A stretch of 64,000 nt of DNA from positions 4,670 to 68,669 of the forward strand of contig CABZTD010000007.1 of the NCBI GenBank assembly GCA_902528515.1. The letters are read 5' to 3'. Below are positions 11,515-23,225 of the stretch, one piece after another. The translations under genes and the position numbers were made by a program. Under the pieces are notes generated by a model. It saw nothing but the letters and a program-made list of their open reading frames with translations, was not told where the DNA came from and searched no databases. Every line of letters begins with the position of its first letter. The stretch's first letter is position 1. The DNA comes from K189A clade bacterium (GTDB lineage: Bacteria > Pseudomonadota > Gammaproteobacteria > Pseudomonadales > Azotimanducaceae).

Positions 11515-12753
11515 TTATGATGCCAGCGATGTACATTGCTCAACAGCGCTAAAGGAACCGAATACGACAATTACATCACCTTTTTGCGTACGCTCACGGG
11601 CTAACGAAAGAGCCTCCTGCATGTTTTCAGCCGTAGATTCCTCCTTGCCTAGGGCTTTAGCCAAAGTACTCGCGGTCATCTGACGATCACCGCGGCTACC
11701 GACAAATACCCAAGGGACATGCGTGCCTGTGGCATCAATAACGCGCTTATAGAAACCGTGGTGGTCCTTGCCGGCCAACATCGCGCAAATAAAATAGGCG
11801 GGGCTGAGCTTTCTTAACGCCAGTTCACCCAAGAAAAAACGTACGCCGTCTGGGTTATGGCACACGTCTAGCACCCACATTCGATCCTGGGTGCGCCGGA
11901 TATCCATACGCCCTGGCATATAAAATGTTGAGCACTGAGCGATCAGCTGCAAGTCGAGTTCCACCATGTCTGCAACCGCCTCACAGGCAAGCGCAATATT
12001 GTGTGGCGAAATTGATGAAAGTGGTATTTCAGAAAGTGCTTGGCCTTGTCTGGTAAGTTGCCAAGTGCCCTGATTTATATCGCAAGTGCTTGAGAACTCT
12101 TCCCCCCAACACCGGGGCTTAAGCGATAACTCCTTACAACGCTGCGTAACGCTTGCCGGCATTTCCTGGCCCAGCACCACATGCTGTCTGCTGCGCAAAA
12201 TTCCCGCTTTTTCAGTGCCTATTGCGTCTCGCGTATCACCCAAAAAGGCCTGATGGTCGAGCCCAATGCTGGTAATAACCGCAATGTCCGGGTCGATCGC
12301 ATTAAAGGCATCCAACCGTCCTCCCAGACCGATCTCGAGAATCGCCACATCCATTTGCTCTTTTGCGATACAGAACAGGGCAGCCAATGCACTGAACTCA
12401 AAGTAAGTCAACGTCACATTACCACGGGCTAAATCAACGGCCGCGAAGGCATCGCAGATTTGTTCATCGCTAGCTTCCTCTCCACACAAACGAATGCGCT
12501 CGTTAAAGCGCCAAATATGCGGCGACAGGGTGCTACCCACGCGGTACCCACCACTAAGAAGCAGGGCTTCTATCACTCTGCAGGTGCTACCCTTGCCATT
12601 AGTGCCAGCAACTGTGATGACAGTCGGGGCGGGATTTTCAAGATTTAGTCGATGAAGTACTCGATTGAATCGATCCAAACCCATATCGATCACCTGGGCA
12701 TGTTGTCGGCTGATGTAGTCTAGCCAATGATCGAGCGATCGCTTATCAGCCAT
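11515..12753 (-). CDS. folC: Dihydrofolate synthase/folylpolyglutamate synthase
   Basis: VAGTNGKGST, LEIGLGGRLDA, DVCHNP and FGSF motifs. Confidence 0.96.
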   Translation of the reverse strand: MADKRSLDHWLDYISRQHAQVIDMGLDRFNRVLHRLNLENPAPTVITVAGTNGKGSTCRVIEALLLSGGYRVGSTLSPHIWRFNERIRLCGEEASDEQICDAFAAVDLARGNVTLTYFEFSALAALFCIAKEQMDVAILEIGLGGRLDAFNAIDPDIAVITSIGLDHQAFLGDTRDAIGTEKAGILRSRQHVVLGQEMPASVTQRCKELSLKPRCWGEEFSSTCDINQGTWQLTRQGQALSEIPLSSISPHNIALACEAVADMVELDLQLIAQCSTFYMPGRMDIRRTQDRMWVLDVCHNPDGVRFFLGELALRKLSPAYFICAMLAGKDHHGFYKRVIDATGTHVPWVFVGSRGDRQMTASTLAKALGKEESTAENMQEALSLARERTQKGDVIVVFGSFSAVEQCTSLAS

Positions 12754-13561
12754 CGAGGCCATTACGAATTTCTGCAGTTGCTGTCTCAAGTCTTTCAGCC
12801 GCTGTCATTGGAGTAGGGCATTCCGACATCAACTGCACGAGTGCGCTGCCCACGACCACACCATCGGCATGAGTGCTTGCTGCTGCCGCCGATTCTGCGT
12901 CCTTTATCCCGAACCCGACGCAAATAGGCACTCTGGTCAACGTTTGCAGAAAACTTGTGCGTTCCATCACTTCTTCTATAGCAATGGCGCTGCTACCAGT
13001 GGTTCCTTTTAGCGAAACGTAATACAGAAAGCCGCTCGACGTGGCGACAATCTCTTTGGCGCGTTGATCTGGTGTCGTTGGCGCAATTAGCGACACCAGA
13101 TCGATCCCTTCAGCGCTTAGTGTTTGACGCAAACCAGCCGCTTCTTCTTGAGGAAGATTCACCATGATCAGTCCATCCACACCAGCTTCCCTAGCGCGTT
13201 GGGCGAAATTTGCCATGGCGAGCACTGAATTTAGATAACCCATGAGGATAACGGGTGTCGTACGGTTCGACGCGCGAAACTCGACGACCATTTCCAGCAC
13301 CCTGGTCAAGGTCATACCGTTAGCGAGTGCGCGTTCATTGGCAGCCTGAATCGTTGGTCCCTCGGCTTCCGGGTCCGAGAATGGAATACCTAGCTCCAGA
13401 AGATTTGCGCCTCCGGCGACCAGGCTGTGCATCGCCGGCACTGTAAAATCAACGCCAGGGTCACCTGCGGTGATAAAGGTCACCAGGGCCTTTTTACCCT
13501 GCTCTGCTAAACGCTCAAATTCAGCTGCGATTCGGCCATGATTCGCAGTGCTAGAGTCCAT
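12746..13561 (-). CDS. trpA: Tryptophan synthase alpha subunit
   Basis: FITAGDP, ELGIPFSDP, VGFGI and VVVGSALV; TGATG coupling to trpB. Confidence 0.97.
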   Translation of the reverse strand: MDSSTANHGRIAAEFERLAEQGKKALVTFITAGDPGVDFTVPAMHSLVAGGANLLELGIPFSDPEAEGPTIQAANERALANGMTLTRVLEMVVEFRASNRTTPVILMGYLNSVLAMANFAQRAREAGVDGLIMVNLPQEEAAGLRQTLSAEGIDLVSLIAPTTPDQRAKEIVATSSGFLYYVSLKGTTGSSAIAIEEVMERTSFLQTLTRVPICVGFGIKDAESAAAASTHADGVVVGSALVQLMSECPTPMTAAERLETATAEIRNGLDG

Positions 13562-14790
13562 CAGAGCGTAATACCGTCGATATCTGCAACAGTCAGGATG
13601 TCCTTGTCGCCGCGCCCGCTCAAGTTCACCAAAATAGTTTGGTCTGGAGACATCTTGGGAGCGTTTTTGACAACCCACGCCAGTGCATGACTCGTCTCCA
13701 AAGCAGGCAGAATGCCTTCTTGGCGATTCAACATTCGGAAGGCTTCCATCGCTTCATCATCTGTGGCAGCGGCGTAGGTCGCGCGGCCGATATCCTTCAG
13801 GTGAGCATGCTCGGGCCCTACGCCCGGGTAATCAAGGCCGGCCGAGACCGAATGAGTCTCCATCACTTGACCATCGTCATCCGACATTAGGTAGGAGCGA
13901 TTGCCATGTAGAACACCAACCTTTCCATCATTTAGAGGGGCGGCGTGTGCGCCAGTACTTACACCGCGTCCACCGGCCTCAACGCCAACCAATTCAACAT
14001 TGGTATCGTTGATAAACGGATAAAAAATACCCATCGCATTGGAACCGCCACCCACACAAGCGACGACCACATCGGGTAGCTTTCCCACTTGCTGCAGCAT
14101 TTGCGCACGAGCTTCCTGACCAATAATCGAAGCGAAGTCCCGTACCAGCATGGGATAGGGATGAGGGCCAGCCACAGTGCCAATAATGTAGTGCGTGTTG
14201 TCGACATTGGTTACCCAATCGCGCATGGCCTCGTTCATAGCGTCCTTAAGTGTTTTAGAGCCCGACGTCACGGGTATGACGTTGGCACCCATCAGCTTCA
14301 TGCGATACACGTTCAAACTCTGGCGATGAACATCTTCCTCGCCCATGTAAACATCACAAGACAGACCTAGTCTGGCGGCTACCGTCGCTGTCGCAACACC
14401 GTGTTGGCCAGCTCCGGTCTCCGCGATGACGCGAGGCTTACCCATGCGCTTAGCCAGCAAAGCTTGGCCGATGGTATTGCAAACCTTGTGCGCGCCGGTG
14501 TGATTAAGGTCTTCGCGCTTTAAATAAATGGCTGCGCCACCCAAAGATGCCGTCATCCGCTCTGCCAAATAAAGCGGTGTGGGCCGCCCGACGAAGTGTG
14601 CGAGATCATCGTACAGCTCTTTTTTAAACTCAGGGTCATCTTTTAACCCTGCATAAAGGGCAGCCAAGTCGTCTAACGCGTGAGTCAGTGTCTCTGCAAC
14701 AAAACGTCCGCCATATTCTCCGAAGTATCCGCTAACTGTTGGTTGCGCATAATTTCTCTCTGTATTTGCTTCCAAAATTGGTTCAGCCAT
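13561..14790 (-). CDS. trpB: Tryptophan synthase beta subunit
   Basis: [13 protein letters not shown] (PLP Lys), [15 protein letters not shown] and NLSGRGDKD. Confidence 0.98.
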   Translation of the reverse strand: MAEPILEANTERNYAQPTVSGYFGEYGGRFVAETLTHALDDLAALYAGLKDDPEFKKELYDDLAHFVGRPTPLYLAERMTASLGGAAIYLKREDLNHTGAHKVCNTIGQALLAKRMGKPRVIAETGAGQHGVATATVAARLGLSCDVYMGEEDVHRQSLNVYRMKLMGANVIPVTSGSKTLKDAMNEAMRDWVTNVDNTHYIIGTVAGPHPYPMLVRDFASIIGQEARAQMLQQVGKLPDVVVACVGGGSNAMGIFYPFINDTNVELVGVEAGGRGVSTGAHAAPLNDGKVGVLHGNRSYLMSDDDGQVMETHSVSAGLDYPGVGPEHAHLKDIGRATYAAATDDEAMEAFRMLNRQEGILPALETSHALAWVVKNAPKMSPDQTILVNLSGRGDKDILTVADIDGITL

Positions 14791-15424
14791 ATTTTGCTTT
14801 CTCAATAAAAGATGTCATTTTGGCGTGATCTTTCACGCCCTTTTGCCCATTCTCTACGCCCCCGGCAACATCGACACCGAAGGGTTGGGTCTGTGCAACG
14901 GCTTTCACCACATTGCTCGGATCTAATCCCCCAGCCAGTATGAGTCGCCCGTCAATGTCGTCCGGCCATAAATCCCAGTCGAATGCACGTCCTGTGCCGC
15001 CTTTTAGCTTTGGATCATGAGTATCCAAAATCAACCCCCAAGCGTCAGTGTAGGACCCTGCTATGCCTTTAATGTCGGTGGTTGCCGTTACCCCCAGCAC
15101 CTTAATGTAGGGAAACTGAAACTGCTTACAATATTCGCTACTTTCTTCACCGTGAAACTGCAGTAGGCTAAGACTCACTTGTTTTAGAGTCTGCTCGACA
15201 CTTTTGGGCGTTGCGTTCACGAACAAGCCAATGCGCTCTACCTCTGGGTGCCCGTTTTGTAATTTAGCGCATACTTCTGCGGCCCCTTTTGGGTCTAAAT
15301 ACCTTGGACTGGCTTCAAAAAAGTTGAAACCTATGGCATCTGCCCCGGCCCTCGCAGCTGCCAGTGCATCTTCGAGGGATTTAACGCCGCAAATCTTGCA
15401 CCAGGTTGTCGTTCTATCTTTCAT
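14783..15424 (-). CDS. trpF: Phosphoribosylanthranilate isomerase
   Basis: [24 protein letters not shown] and GVDVAGGVE. Confidence 0.96.
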   Translation of the reverse strand: MKDRTTTWCKICGVKSLEDALAAARAGADAIGFNFFEASPRYLDPKGAAEVCAKLQNGHPEVERIGLFVNATPKSVEQTLKQVSLSLLQFHGEESSEYCKQFQFPYIKVLGVTATTDIKGIAGSYTDAWGLILDTHDPKLKGGTGRAFDWDLWPDDIDGRLILAGGLDPSNVVKAVAQTQPFGVDVAGGVENGQKGVKDHAKMTSFIEKAKYG

Positions 15425-15578
15425 CGATTCCAGTCAGAGTATTTTTTCGGTCTGCATAGATGGTCAGCAGCGTTCCAAAGATAGATGCTGAGTTCAGATA
15501 CTATACCCAACCTTAGAGTCTACAAAGCGTCGATCGCTTGCAGGTCCCGTGGTACAGACTATGTCTCAATGCACCCGG

Positions 15579-16388
15579 TCATCGTCGTCGAATCAGCGGG
15601 GGTAGGGGTGGGTCTGGAAACCGCTGCTTCGGATAGCTAACCCCCGCCAAATATAGGCCTTGTGCTGGCGCTGTAATACCCAGCTTTTGACGATCCTTGA
15701 GCATGAGCAGCTCTTGGATGTAGCCTCGGGGCGCACCGCTGCCGACATTATGCAATCCAGAGGCGATGTTGCGCACCATGTGCAGCAAAAACGCGTTTGC
15801 CTCAATGTTCATGATTACAACATCACCCTCACGCCGAACCTCGCAACGATCCACCCGCCGCATAGGAGTCAGGGACTGACAACCGGCACCCCGAAAACTG
15901 CTGAAGTCGTGTTCACCCAAAAACGCCTGGGCTTCTACGTGCATGGCGTTATCGTCTAAAGCATCAGTACACCAAGCCAGCTCATTCAAAAAGGGATGGC
16001 TTCTACCCCGATCGTGAAACAAATAGGTATACCGCCTTGCAACAGCATCAAAACGGGGGTGGAAGTCGTCTGCAACCGGCTGCAGCCAGTCTATTTGGAT
16101 AGCGTCTGAAGTCAGGCCATTAACCCCACGCAACCACTCGGCGACCGATCGATCGGCACGCGTCGAGAATGCCGCAACCTGCCCGGTTGCGTGCACGCCA
16201 GCATCCGTACGTCCGGCCGCACGCAGCAAGATTGGCTCGTCAGCAATGGTACTAAGGGCGCGCTCTAGTTCACCTTGCACCGAAGAACGTTCGCGCTGTC
16301 GCTGCCAACCTCGAAAAGAGCCGCCATGGTACTGCACACAAAACGCGAAATAATGTTGCTGGTCAGGAGCGTCGTTGATCTCAGTCAT
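15579..16388 (-). CDS. truA: tRNA pseudouridine(38-40) synthase
   Basis: GWQRQ, AGRTDAGVHA, HDFSSFR and AFLLHMVRNI. Confidence 0.96.
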   Translation of the reverse strand: MTEINDAPDQQHYFAFCVQYHGGSFRGWQRQRERSSVQGELERALSTIADEPILLRAAGRTDAGVHATGQVAAFSTRADRSVAEWLRGVNGLTSDAIQIDWLQPVADDFHPRFDAVARRYTYLFHDRGRSHPFLNELAWCTDALDDNAMHVEAQAFLGEHDFSSFRGAGCQSLTPMRRVDRCEVRREGDVVIMNIEANAFLLHMVRNIASGLHNVGSGAPRGYIQELLMLKDRQKLGITAPAQGLYLAGVSYPKQRFPDPPLPPLIRRR

Positions 16389-17928
16389 CACCGTTTTCAA
16401 TGCGATCCATAATGCGACGAGCAATATCCTGCTGATCCTCTGAGCCATCGGCAATGACTTCTTGCAGCATGTCGACAGCTCCGTCGCGATCGCCCATTTC
16501 TAAATACGCCTCGGCAAGCTTCAGCCGCGTTGTGAAGACATCGTGCAGAGTTTCTTCTGCCTCTTCTTTCGTTTCTACTTCATCGGGCGGTCCCCCAATT
16601 GTAGGAAAAGCTTGTTCATCTTGCCCATCGGCCTGATCGGGAGATAAATCGTTCACGCTCACTGCTGGTTCACCGCGACCGGATTCAGCCTCGTCAGCTT
16701 GATCGGCACCGCTACCAAGCACCCCCTCCAGCGCTTGCTCCTGCTCCGCCGCGCGCCGCCTGAGCAAGATAGGTACCAAGAGTGCGATAAGGGCAATGCC
16801 ACCAATCAGCCACATGGACCTGAACGACAGGAATGTCTCCAAGGCACGAGTGAATGCTGTGTTTTCCTCCTCGCGAATCTGCTGCTCAATTTGATCAAGA
16901 TCAAACGGATCCTCCGGTGAGCCCTGTAAACCCTCGCCAGAGAATAAGAGCGGATCCTCCACGCTGCCCGAGTTAGTCGGTGAGTCTGAGGCACCTGGTG
17001 ATGGCACCGAAACCTGCACCGCAGGATCCTTCGAGCTAGCAGGTTGCTCTACCGCTGGCTCTGCCGGTAGCTCGGGAGTTTCGAGGCTATCATTCAGTGT
17101 GTTTTCTAAGATCACATCGACCGACGCGGTTTCAAATACTTCAGGAACGACTTTAAAACGCAAATCGGGATCATCCACCTGAGTGATGCGGACGCGTCCA
17201 ACGGGTGCTGGCGCAGGTGCGTCGCCAAGCACACCACTGCGCCAACTCGCATTCTGTTCGGCGACCTTTATTTCAGCTTGATGCCGAGATACAGACTGAG
17301 CTTCCACAAAATCCGGCAGGGCCAGCATCGACCAGGGCTTTAGTCCATTGATGTTGTTTGCTCGAAACGACTCGGGATTAAGCTGCTGGACAGCGAGCAT
17401 CTGCTGGGCATTGGTAATTTCGTCGTCTCTTGTTCGATTCGCAATGCGCCAAAGTGTTTCGTTGGGCCTGCTAAGCAAAGTCGGACGCTGAATACCGACA
17501 TCGTCTAAAACCGGGATCAATACCTCTATCGGCATCAGGCTTGTCTCGCCACCCCCTGTAAAAGCCACAACAAACCGCAGGCTGGGTTCGTTCAACGGAC
17601 TCGCACTGTCTATATCCAGCAGATAGTTCTCCGCAGAGTTCATGCGCAGAGAAAACCTTAACGACGAGAGAATTTGATAGCGGCCAATTTCGAAGGCTTC
17701 AAAGGCGCCCTGGGACGCCAATGAAACGGAGATGTCGCCCCGTAATGATGGGAGTGAGCCCACATTGATTTGAGCTCGCAGTGGATTGCCTATCTCGGAA
17801 CTCGCTTGGGTCGTCAGCACGTCTGCAATATCTGACTGTGCGAGAGATGCAGGGATTATTTCAAGCAAACCAACCCCAAGTAGGATCGCAATGAACCCTG
17901 TGCGCATTTTCTGATCCGCGTTGCTCAC
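16381..17928 (-). CDS. fimV: FimV/HubP family polar landmark protein
   Basis: Signal region, LysM-like ETLWRIA...NPESF...NINGL, TM helix, C-terminal LKLAEAYLEMGDRDGA; lies between asd and truA; start uncertain. Confidence 0.85.
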   Translation of the reverse strand: MSNADQKMRTGFIAILLGVGLLEIIPASLAQSDIADVLTTQASSEIGNPLRAQINVGSLPSLRGDISVSLASQGAFEAFEIGRYQILSSLRFSLRMNSAENYLLDIDSASPLNEPSLRFVVAFTGGGETSLMPIEVLIPVLDDVGIQRPTLLSRPNETLWRIANRTRDDEITNAQQMLAVQQLNPESFRANNINGLKPWSMLALPDFVEAQSVSRHQAEIKVAEQNASWRSGVLGDAPAPAPVGRVRITQVDDPDLRFKVVPEVFETASVDVILENTLNDSLETPELPAEPAVEQPASSKDPAVQVSVPSPGASDSPTNSGSVEDPLLFSGEGLQGSPEDPFDLDQIEQQIREEENTAFTRALETFLSFRSMWLIGGIALIALLVPILLRRRAAEQEQALEGVLGSGADQADEAESGRGEPAVSVNDLSPDQADGQDEQAFPTIGGPPDEVETKEEAEETLHDVFTTRLKLAEAYLEMGDRDGAVDMLQEVIADGSEDQQDIARRIMDRIENGDD

Positions 17929-17982
17929 CCTTGTCGCTCCAGAATTTGAAGTGGTGCCTTTATATCTGGTTTGCAAACGGCA

Positions 17983-18999
17983 TTACAGGTGCGCTAGCAG
18001 CAGCTCCGCAATTTGTACGCTGTTTAACGCAGCGCCCTTGCGGACGTTGTCAGCAACCACCCACATGTTCAATCCATTGGAGTGCGATATGTCCTTGCGA
18101 AGACGGCTGACGAAAACTGGATCGGTGCCAGCACCGTGTTCTACCGGTGTCGCCAGCTCATGATCCTCCATCAGGGTCACACCGGGGGCTTTGGCCAGCA
18201 GGCGTCGAGCGTCTTCCAAACTGATGGGTTCTCTGGTCTCGATATGGACGGCCTCGCTGTGGCCATAGAACACAGGAATGCGCACGCAGGTCGCGTTCAC
18301 GGCGATGCTGTCGTCCTGCAAGATCTTGCAAGTCTCCCATGCCATCTTCATTTCTTCTCGGGTGTACCCGTTGTCCTGAAAAGTATCGATTTGCGGAATC
18401 GCATTGAACGCGATTTGGGCGGGCATTTTGCCTGGTTCAATCGGTTTGCCGTTGAGCAGCTTCGCCGTTTGGCCTGCTAGCTCCTCGATACCGCTAGCAC
18501 CAGCTCCGGAAACGGCCTGGTAGGTCGCCACATTGATGCGAGTTATACCCACGGCGTCGTGAATGGGCTTAAGGGCTACGACCATTTGAATAGTCGAACA
18601 GTTTGGATTGGCGATGATGTTGCGCGGTGTAAATTCTGTTACGCATTCCGGGTTCACTTCACTCACCACCAAGGGAATATCGTTGTCGTTACGAAAATGC
18701 GAGGTGTTATCTATGACGATGCAGCCCTGCGCCGCTGCCTTGGGTGCAAATTCTGCGGAAACCGACCCACCCGCGGAGAACAGACCAATTTGCGTATTAC
18801 TAAAGTCAAATGCATCTAAGCGCCTGATCTGCAGGGATTTGCCGTTGAATTGTATTCGCTTACCTTCCGAGCGAGAGGATGCCAACAGTGCAAGCTCGCC
18901 AACTGGAAATTTACGCTCCTGCAGGATATCGATCAGAGCTTCGCCCACTGCGCCGGATGCGCCAGCTATCGCCACATTGACTGTTTTTTCAGAACTCAT
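17983..18999 (-). CDS. asd: Aspartate-semialdehyde dehydrogenase
   Basis: GASGAVG, IIANPNCSTIQM and ADNVRKGAALN. Confidence 0.97.
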   Translation of the reverse strand: MSSEKTVNVAIAGASGAVGEALIDILQERKFPVGELALLASSRSEGKRIQFNGKSLQIRRLDAFDFSNTQIGLFSAGGSVSAEFAPKAAAQGCIVIDNTSHFRNDNDIPLVVSEVNPECVTEFTPRNIIANPNCSTIQMVVALKPIHDAVGITRINVATYQAVSGAGASGIEELAGQTAKLLNGKPIEPGKMPAQIAFNAIPQIDTFQDNGYTREEMKMAWETCKILQDDSIAVNATCVRIPVFYGHSEAVHIETREPISLEDARRLLAKAPGVTLMEDHELATPVEHGAGTDPVFVSRLRKDISHSNGLNMWVVADNVRKGAALNSVQIAELLLAHL

Positions 19000-19026
19000 C
19001 GTCTTTTTCACGCCTATCTGATTGAT

Positions 19027-20097
19027 CTATAAGTTCTCGATAACCAACTCGCCCATTGTGCGACAGCCCACGGCCTCATCTCGCGCGCTACCGGCGATAT
19101 CCGCAGTCCGGTAACCCTCGGCCAGCACTTTGTTTACCGCACGGTCAACGTTGTCTGCGGCCTCGGGCATATCGAGGCTGTAACGAAATAACATCCCCAC
19201 CGACAGGATCGTCGCCAACGGATTGGCTTTGTCATGACCAGCAATATCAGGCGCTGTGCCATGCACCGGCTCGTACATACCCGCGCCGCTGGCCGACAGA
19301 GAGGCTGAGGGAAGCATGCCCAGGCTGCCGGTTAACATAGCTGCGACATCCGACAAGATATCGCCGAACATGTTGCCGGTAACGATAACGTCGAACTGCT
19401 TGGGTTCGCGCACCAACTGCATGGCGGCGTTATCCACGTACATATGCGACAGCTCGACATGCGGGTAATCACCGGCAAGGCTGGTGACCACTTCCCGCCA
19501 CAATTGGCTAACTTCTAAAACATTTGCTTTGTCGACACTGCACAAACGTCCATTGCGCCTACTGGCGAGATCAAACCCGACCCGGGCGATGCGCTCAATT
19601 TCATGCTCGGCATACACCAGGGTGTTGAATCCCACGCGTTCGTTATCTCGGTTTTCTACACCCCGGGGCTCACCAAAATAGATGCCGCCGGTTAGCTCTC
19701 GCACGATTAATATATCCAAATCCGAGACCAGCTCTGGCTTAAGCGACGAGGCTCCCGCAAGCGAGCTCGCCAGTAGCGCTGGTCGCAAATTAGCGAACAG
19801 GCCGAGTTCTTGGCGCAGACCGAGGAGGCCTTTTTCGGGTCGCTGAGCCGTTGGCAAATCATCCCACTTTGGCCCGCCTACCCCTCCAAGCAACACCGCA
19901 TTGGCTTGCTTGGCTTTCGACAGTGTGGATCCCGGTAGCGGGTTACCGCAGTCGTCGATGGCTGCGCCACCCACCAAAGCCTCTTCTACGTCAATGGTGA
20001 CACCCTGCTGTTGGGCGGCAACCTGCATGACCTCGACGGCAACGGCGATCACTTCTTGGCCAATGCCGTCGCCGGGTAGTACCAGTACTTTTTTCAC
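19027..20097 (-). CDS. leuB: 3-isopropylmalate dehydrogenase
   Basis: [27 protein letters not shown] and [12 protein letters not shown]; GTG start with AGAGGA RBS. Confidence 0.97.
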   Translation of the reverse strand: MKKVLVLPGDGIGQEVIAVAVEVMQVAAQQQGVTIDVEEALVGGAAIDDCGNPLPGSTLSKAKQANAVLLGGVGGPKWDDLPTAQRPEKGLLGLRQELGLFANLRPALLASSLAGASSLKPELVSDLDILIVRELTGGIYFGEPRGVENRDNERVGFNTLVYAEHEIERIARVGFDLASRRNGRLCSVDKANVLEVSQLWREVVTSLAGDYPHVELSHMYVDNAAMQLVREPKQFDVIVTGNMFGDILSDVAAMLTGSLGMLPSASLSASGAGMYEPVHGTAPDIAGHDKANPLATILSVGMLFRYSLDMPEAADNVDRAVNKVLAEGYRTADIAGSARDEAVGCRTMGELVIENL

Positions 20098-20153
20098 AAA
20101 ATTTCCTCTGCTAGCACGGGGATTAACGATTTCGGGCCTAAAGACTGCCTTGG

Positions 20154-20786
20154 TCAGCCGCGGAATAGCCACGGCTGGCGCTGCCGATGGCCTGCCTCAA
20201 AGCTACGAATAAGTTCGGCTTCCGCCAAGGTCAGGTCAATATCATCCATGCCCGTGAGCATTTTTTCTTTCAGCGCCGGATCGATCTGAAAAATATGTAC
20301 ATGCTCACCGTCCATCAGCGTTTGCGTGCGTAAATCGATCGACAGAGTAAGGCCTGTCGTAACCCGTTTAAACAGGTCGTCGATTATCTCCTCGGGCAAG
20401 GCGATAGGCAGCACGCCATTCTTGAAACAGTTACCAAAAAAAATGTCTGCGAAGCTCGGTGCCAGCACCGCGCGAAAACCAAATTCTTTCAATGCCCATA
20501 CCGCATGCTCGCGGGATGAGCCACAGCCAAAGTTATCTCGTGCGATCAAAATCGACGCACCCTGGTATACGGGCAGGTTCAGCGAGAACTCGCGATTGAT
20601 CTGGCGCTCGTTGGGCGTCATGCCCATGGTGCCCTGATCGAGAAAACGCCATGCATCGAAGAGATAGTCGCCAAAACCTGTGCGCTTGATCGATTTGAGA
20701 TACTGTTTGGGAATGATCTGATCCGTGTCTACGTTGGCACGATCCAGCGGCGCCACCAAGCCATTAAGGGTTGTAAAAGCATCCAT
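20154..20786 (-). CDS. leuD: 3-isopropylmalate dehydratase small subunit
   Basis: [11 protein letters not shown] and [11 protein letters not shown]. Confidence 0.97.
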   Translation of the reverse strand: MDAFTTLNGLVAPLDRANVDTDQIIPKQYLKSIKRTGFGDYLFDAWRFLDQGTMGMTPNERQINREFSLNLPVYQGASILIARDNFGCGSSREHAVWALKEFGFRAVLAPSFADIFFGNCFKNGVLPIALPEEIIDDLFKRVTTGLTLSIDLRTQTLMDGEHVHIFQIDPALKEKMLTGMDDIDLTLAEAELIRSFEAGHRQRQPWLFRG

Positions 20787-22228
20787 CAGCCGGCCTCCAC
20801 TTCCTGGTGCTGGGAATTTCGAATATCTACAAAATGACCGTTTATCGCCGCCGCCGCTGCCATGGCTGGACTAACCAAGTGAGTGCGCCCACCGTAGCCT
20901 TGGCGGCCCTCAAAATTACGGTTAGAAGTGGATGCGCAGTGCTCGCCCTCACCAAGCTGATCGGGATTCATGCCGAGGCACATGGAGCAGCCTGCGGAGC
21001 GCCACTGAAAGCCTGCGTCGATAAACTGCTGGGCGAGACCCTCTGCTTCGGCCTGAGCCTTCACCAGGCCAGAACCCGGCACCACCAGAGCTTCCGAGAC
21101 GTTGGAGGCAATCTTACCGCCGCGAATTTGCGCCGCTGCGGCACGCAGATCTTCGATGCGCGCATTGGTGCACGATCCGATAAAAATGCGACTCACAGCG
21201 ATATCCGTGATTTTTTGACCTGGCTGAAGATTCATATACGTTAGCGCCCGCTCAGTCGATTCTGCTTGAACCCCATCTTTCATGTCCTTGGGATCTGGTA
21301 CGACATCATCAATGCCGGCGACCATTTCGGGGGACGTACCCCAGCTGACCTGGGGAGCAATGGTGCTGGCGTCGATAGTGATAGAGGCATCAAACACAGC
21401 CCCTTCGTCTGATACCAAGGTACGCCAGTAATCCTCAGCCTGATTCCACAGCTCGCCCTTGGGTGCGAACGGGCGACCGTGTATGTAGTTAATGGTGGTA
21501 TCGTCTACCGCTACCAAGCCTGCTCGTGCCCCCGCCTCAATGCTCATATTACAGAGCGTCATGCGACCTTCCATGGAAAGCTGGCGAATTGCCTCACCGC
21601 GATATTCGATAGTGTGTCCCGTTGCGCCCGCGGTGCCTAAACGTCCAATAATGGCCAACACTAGATCCTTGGCGGTAACGCCCTCAGATAGCGCTCCCGT
21701 GACGATCACGGCAAAGTTCTTCGCCTTGTTTTGCACCAGACACTGTGTCGCCATTACATGTTCGACCTCCGAGGTGCCAATACCCTGGGCTAAGGCTGCG
21801 AAAGCACCATGAGTCGAGGTATGAGAATCACCGCATACCACCGTCATACCGGGCATAGTCGCACCTTGTTCCGGACCGACAACGTGTACGATGCCCTGGC
21901 GTGGGTCGAGAATCTCGAACTGCTGAACACCGAAGGCTTTGCAGTTCTTGTCCAACGTAACCACCTGTTCCAAGGCCACTTCGTCAGTGATGCCGTCAAA
22001 ACCAAGCGCTCGACCCGAGGTTGGAACATTGTGATCAGGGGTTGCTAGATTTGCATCGACCCGCCACAGCGGTCGACCCGCCAATTGCAAACCCTCAAAA
22101 GCCTGGGGAGATGTGACCTCGTGCAGCAACTGTAAGTCTACATATAACAATGAGTTACCGTCGGAACGTCGACCTACTTCGTGAGACTCCCAGATCTTGT
22201 CGTATAGCGTTTTTGGCTTAGATGACAT
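20786..22228 (-). CDS. leuC: 3-isopropylmalate dehydratase large subunit
   Basis: [28 protein letters not shown] and [12 protein letters not shown]. Confidence 0.98.
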   Translation of the reverse strand: MSSKPKTLYDKIWESHEVGRRSDGNSLLYVDLQLLHEVTSPQAFEGLQLAGRPLWRVDANLATPDHNVPTSGRALGFDGITDEVALEQVVTLDKNCKAFGVQQFEILDPRQGIVHVVGPEQGATMPGMTVVCGDSHTSTHGAFAALAQGIGTSEVEHVMATQCLVQNKAKNFAVIVTGALSEGVTAKDLVLAIIGRLGTAGATGHTIEYRGEAIRQLSMEGRMTLCNMSIEAGARAGLVAVDDTTINYIHGRPFAPKGELWNQAEDYWRTLVSDEGAVFDASITIDASTIAPQVSWGTSPEMVAGIDDVVPDPKDMKDGVQAESTERALTYMNLQPGQKITDIAVSRIFIGSCTNARIEDLRAAAAQIRGGKIASNVSEALVVPGSGLVKAQAEAEGLAQQFIDAGFQWRSAGCSMCLGMNPDQLGEGEHCASTSNRNFEGRQGYGGRTHLVSPAMAAAAAINGHFVDIRNSQHQEVEAG

Positions 22229-22272
22229 GCCATCACCCCCTGAAATTAGCCGCAGTCTAGGCAGAGTCAGGC

Positions 22273-22298
22273 CATAAAACAATTCGATAATTTTTATG
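22273..22298. promoter_or_regulatory. Putative LysR operator in the divergent leuC/lysR promoter region
   Basis: Inverted repeat CATAAAA-N12-TTTTATG in the AT-rich spacer between leuC and the divergent LysR gene. Confidence 0.35.
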
Positions 22299-22355
22299 TT
22301 TTGAATAACTAAAGGAAATACTAAGATGCTGTCGCGTTAAACGACGGATCAGCTG

Positions 22356-23225
22356 ATGCATCTCGACGAACTCGAATCTTTCATACAAGTCGCACGCCTG
22401 GGCTCCTTTTCTGCCGCAGCCCAGCAAATGCATATCAGCCAGCCGGCCATGAGCAAACGAATACAGTCTTTAGAGCATCATCTTGGGGTCACCCTTTTCG
22501 ACCGGCTGGGCAAGCGCGTCAAGCTCACCCCGGCGGGCGAGCTATTGGTGGTTAAGGCCACGGCCATGCTGGATCTTTCGAAAGATATGGAACGAGATGT
22601 CGGTAACTTGGCGCAAACCGTCAGCGGACGCCTCAGTATGGCGACCTCCCACCACATTGGTCTGCATCGACTTGCGCCAGTTTTACAGCGCTTTACTCAG
22701 GACTACCCTGAGGTGGAGCTGGATATACAGTTTGAAGACTCCGAGGTAGCGCACAATCTGGTGCGCGCTGGCGATATCGAGCTGGCTGTGGTAACCCTAA
22801 ATCCAGCCAGTGAGATTGAACAGCCGGATCTCAAGACCGAGACGGTTTGGGATGATCCACTTTGCTTCGTAAACGCCAAACCCCTGCCAGAGGTGACCTC
22901 ACTGAACCAATTGGCGACCCTGCCCTGCATTTTGCCAGGACCCAATACATTCACAGGCAGAATTGTCACCGAGCGATTCGCATCCCAGGGACTGGTGCTG
23001 AATCCCGCGCTCTCAACCAACTATCTCGAGACCATCAGCATGTTGGTGAGTGTGGGCGTTGGCTGGAGCGTGCTGCCGCAAACCATGACCAGTGAACTTC
23101 ACCAGTTAAAACCAAATTGTGCGCCAATCAACCGAACCCTTGGCTGGGTTACTCACGCCAAACGCACCCAATCCAACAGCGCCAACGCGTTTTTACAGGT
23201 GCTTAGTAGCTATGCCTCGGATTGA
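22356..23225 (+). CDS. LysR family transcriptional regulator, divergent from leuC
   Basis: N-terminal [27 protein letters not shown]...LFDR followed by a substrate-binding domain. Confidence 0.95.
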   Translation: MHLDELESFIQVARLGSFSAAAQQMHISQPAMSKRIQSLEHHLGVTLFDRLGKRVKLTPAGELLVVKATAMLDLSKDMERDVGNLAQTVSGRLSMATSHHIGLHRLAPVLQRFTQDYPEVELDIQFEDSEVAHNLVRAGDIELAVVTLNPASEIEQPDLKTETVWDDPLCFVNAKPLPEVTSLNQLATLPCILPGPNTFTGRIVTERFASQGLVLNPALSTNYLETISMLVSVGVGWSVLPQTMTSELHQLKPNCAPINRTLGWVTHAKRTQSNSANAFLQVLSSYASD

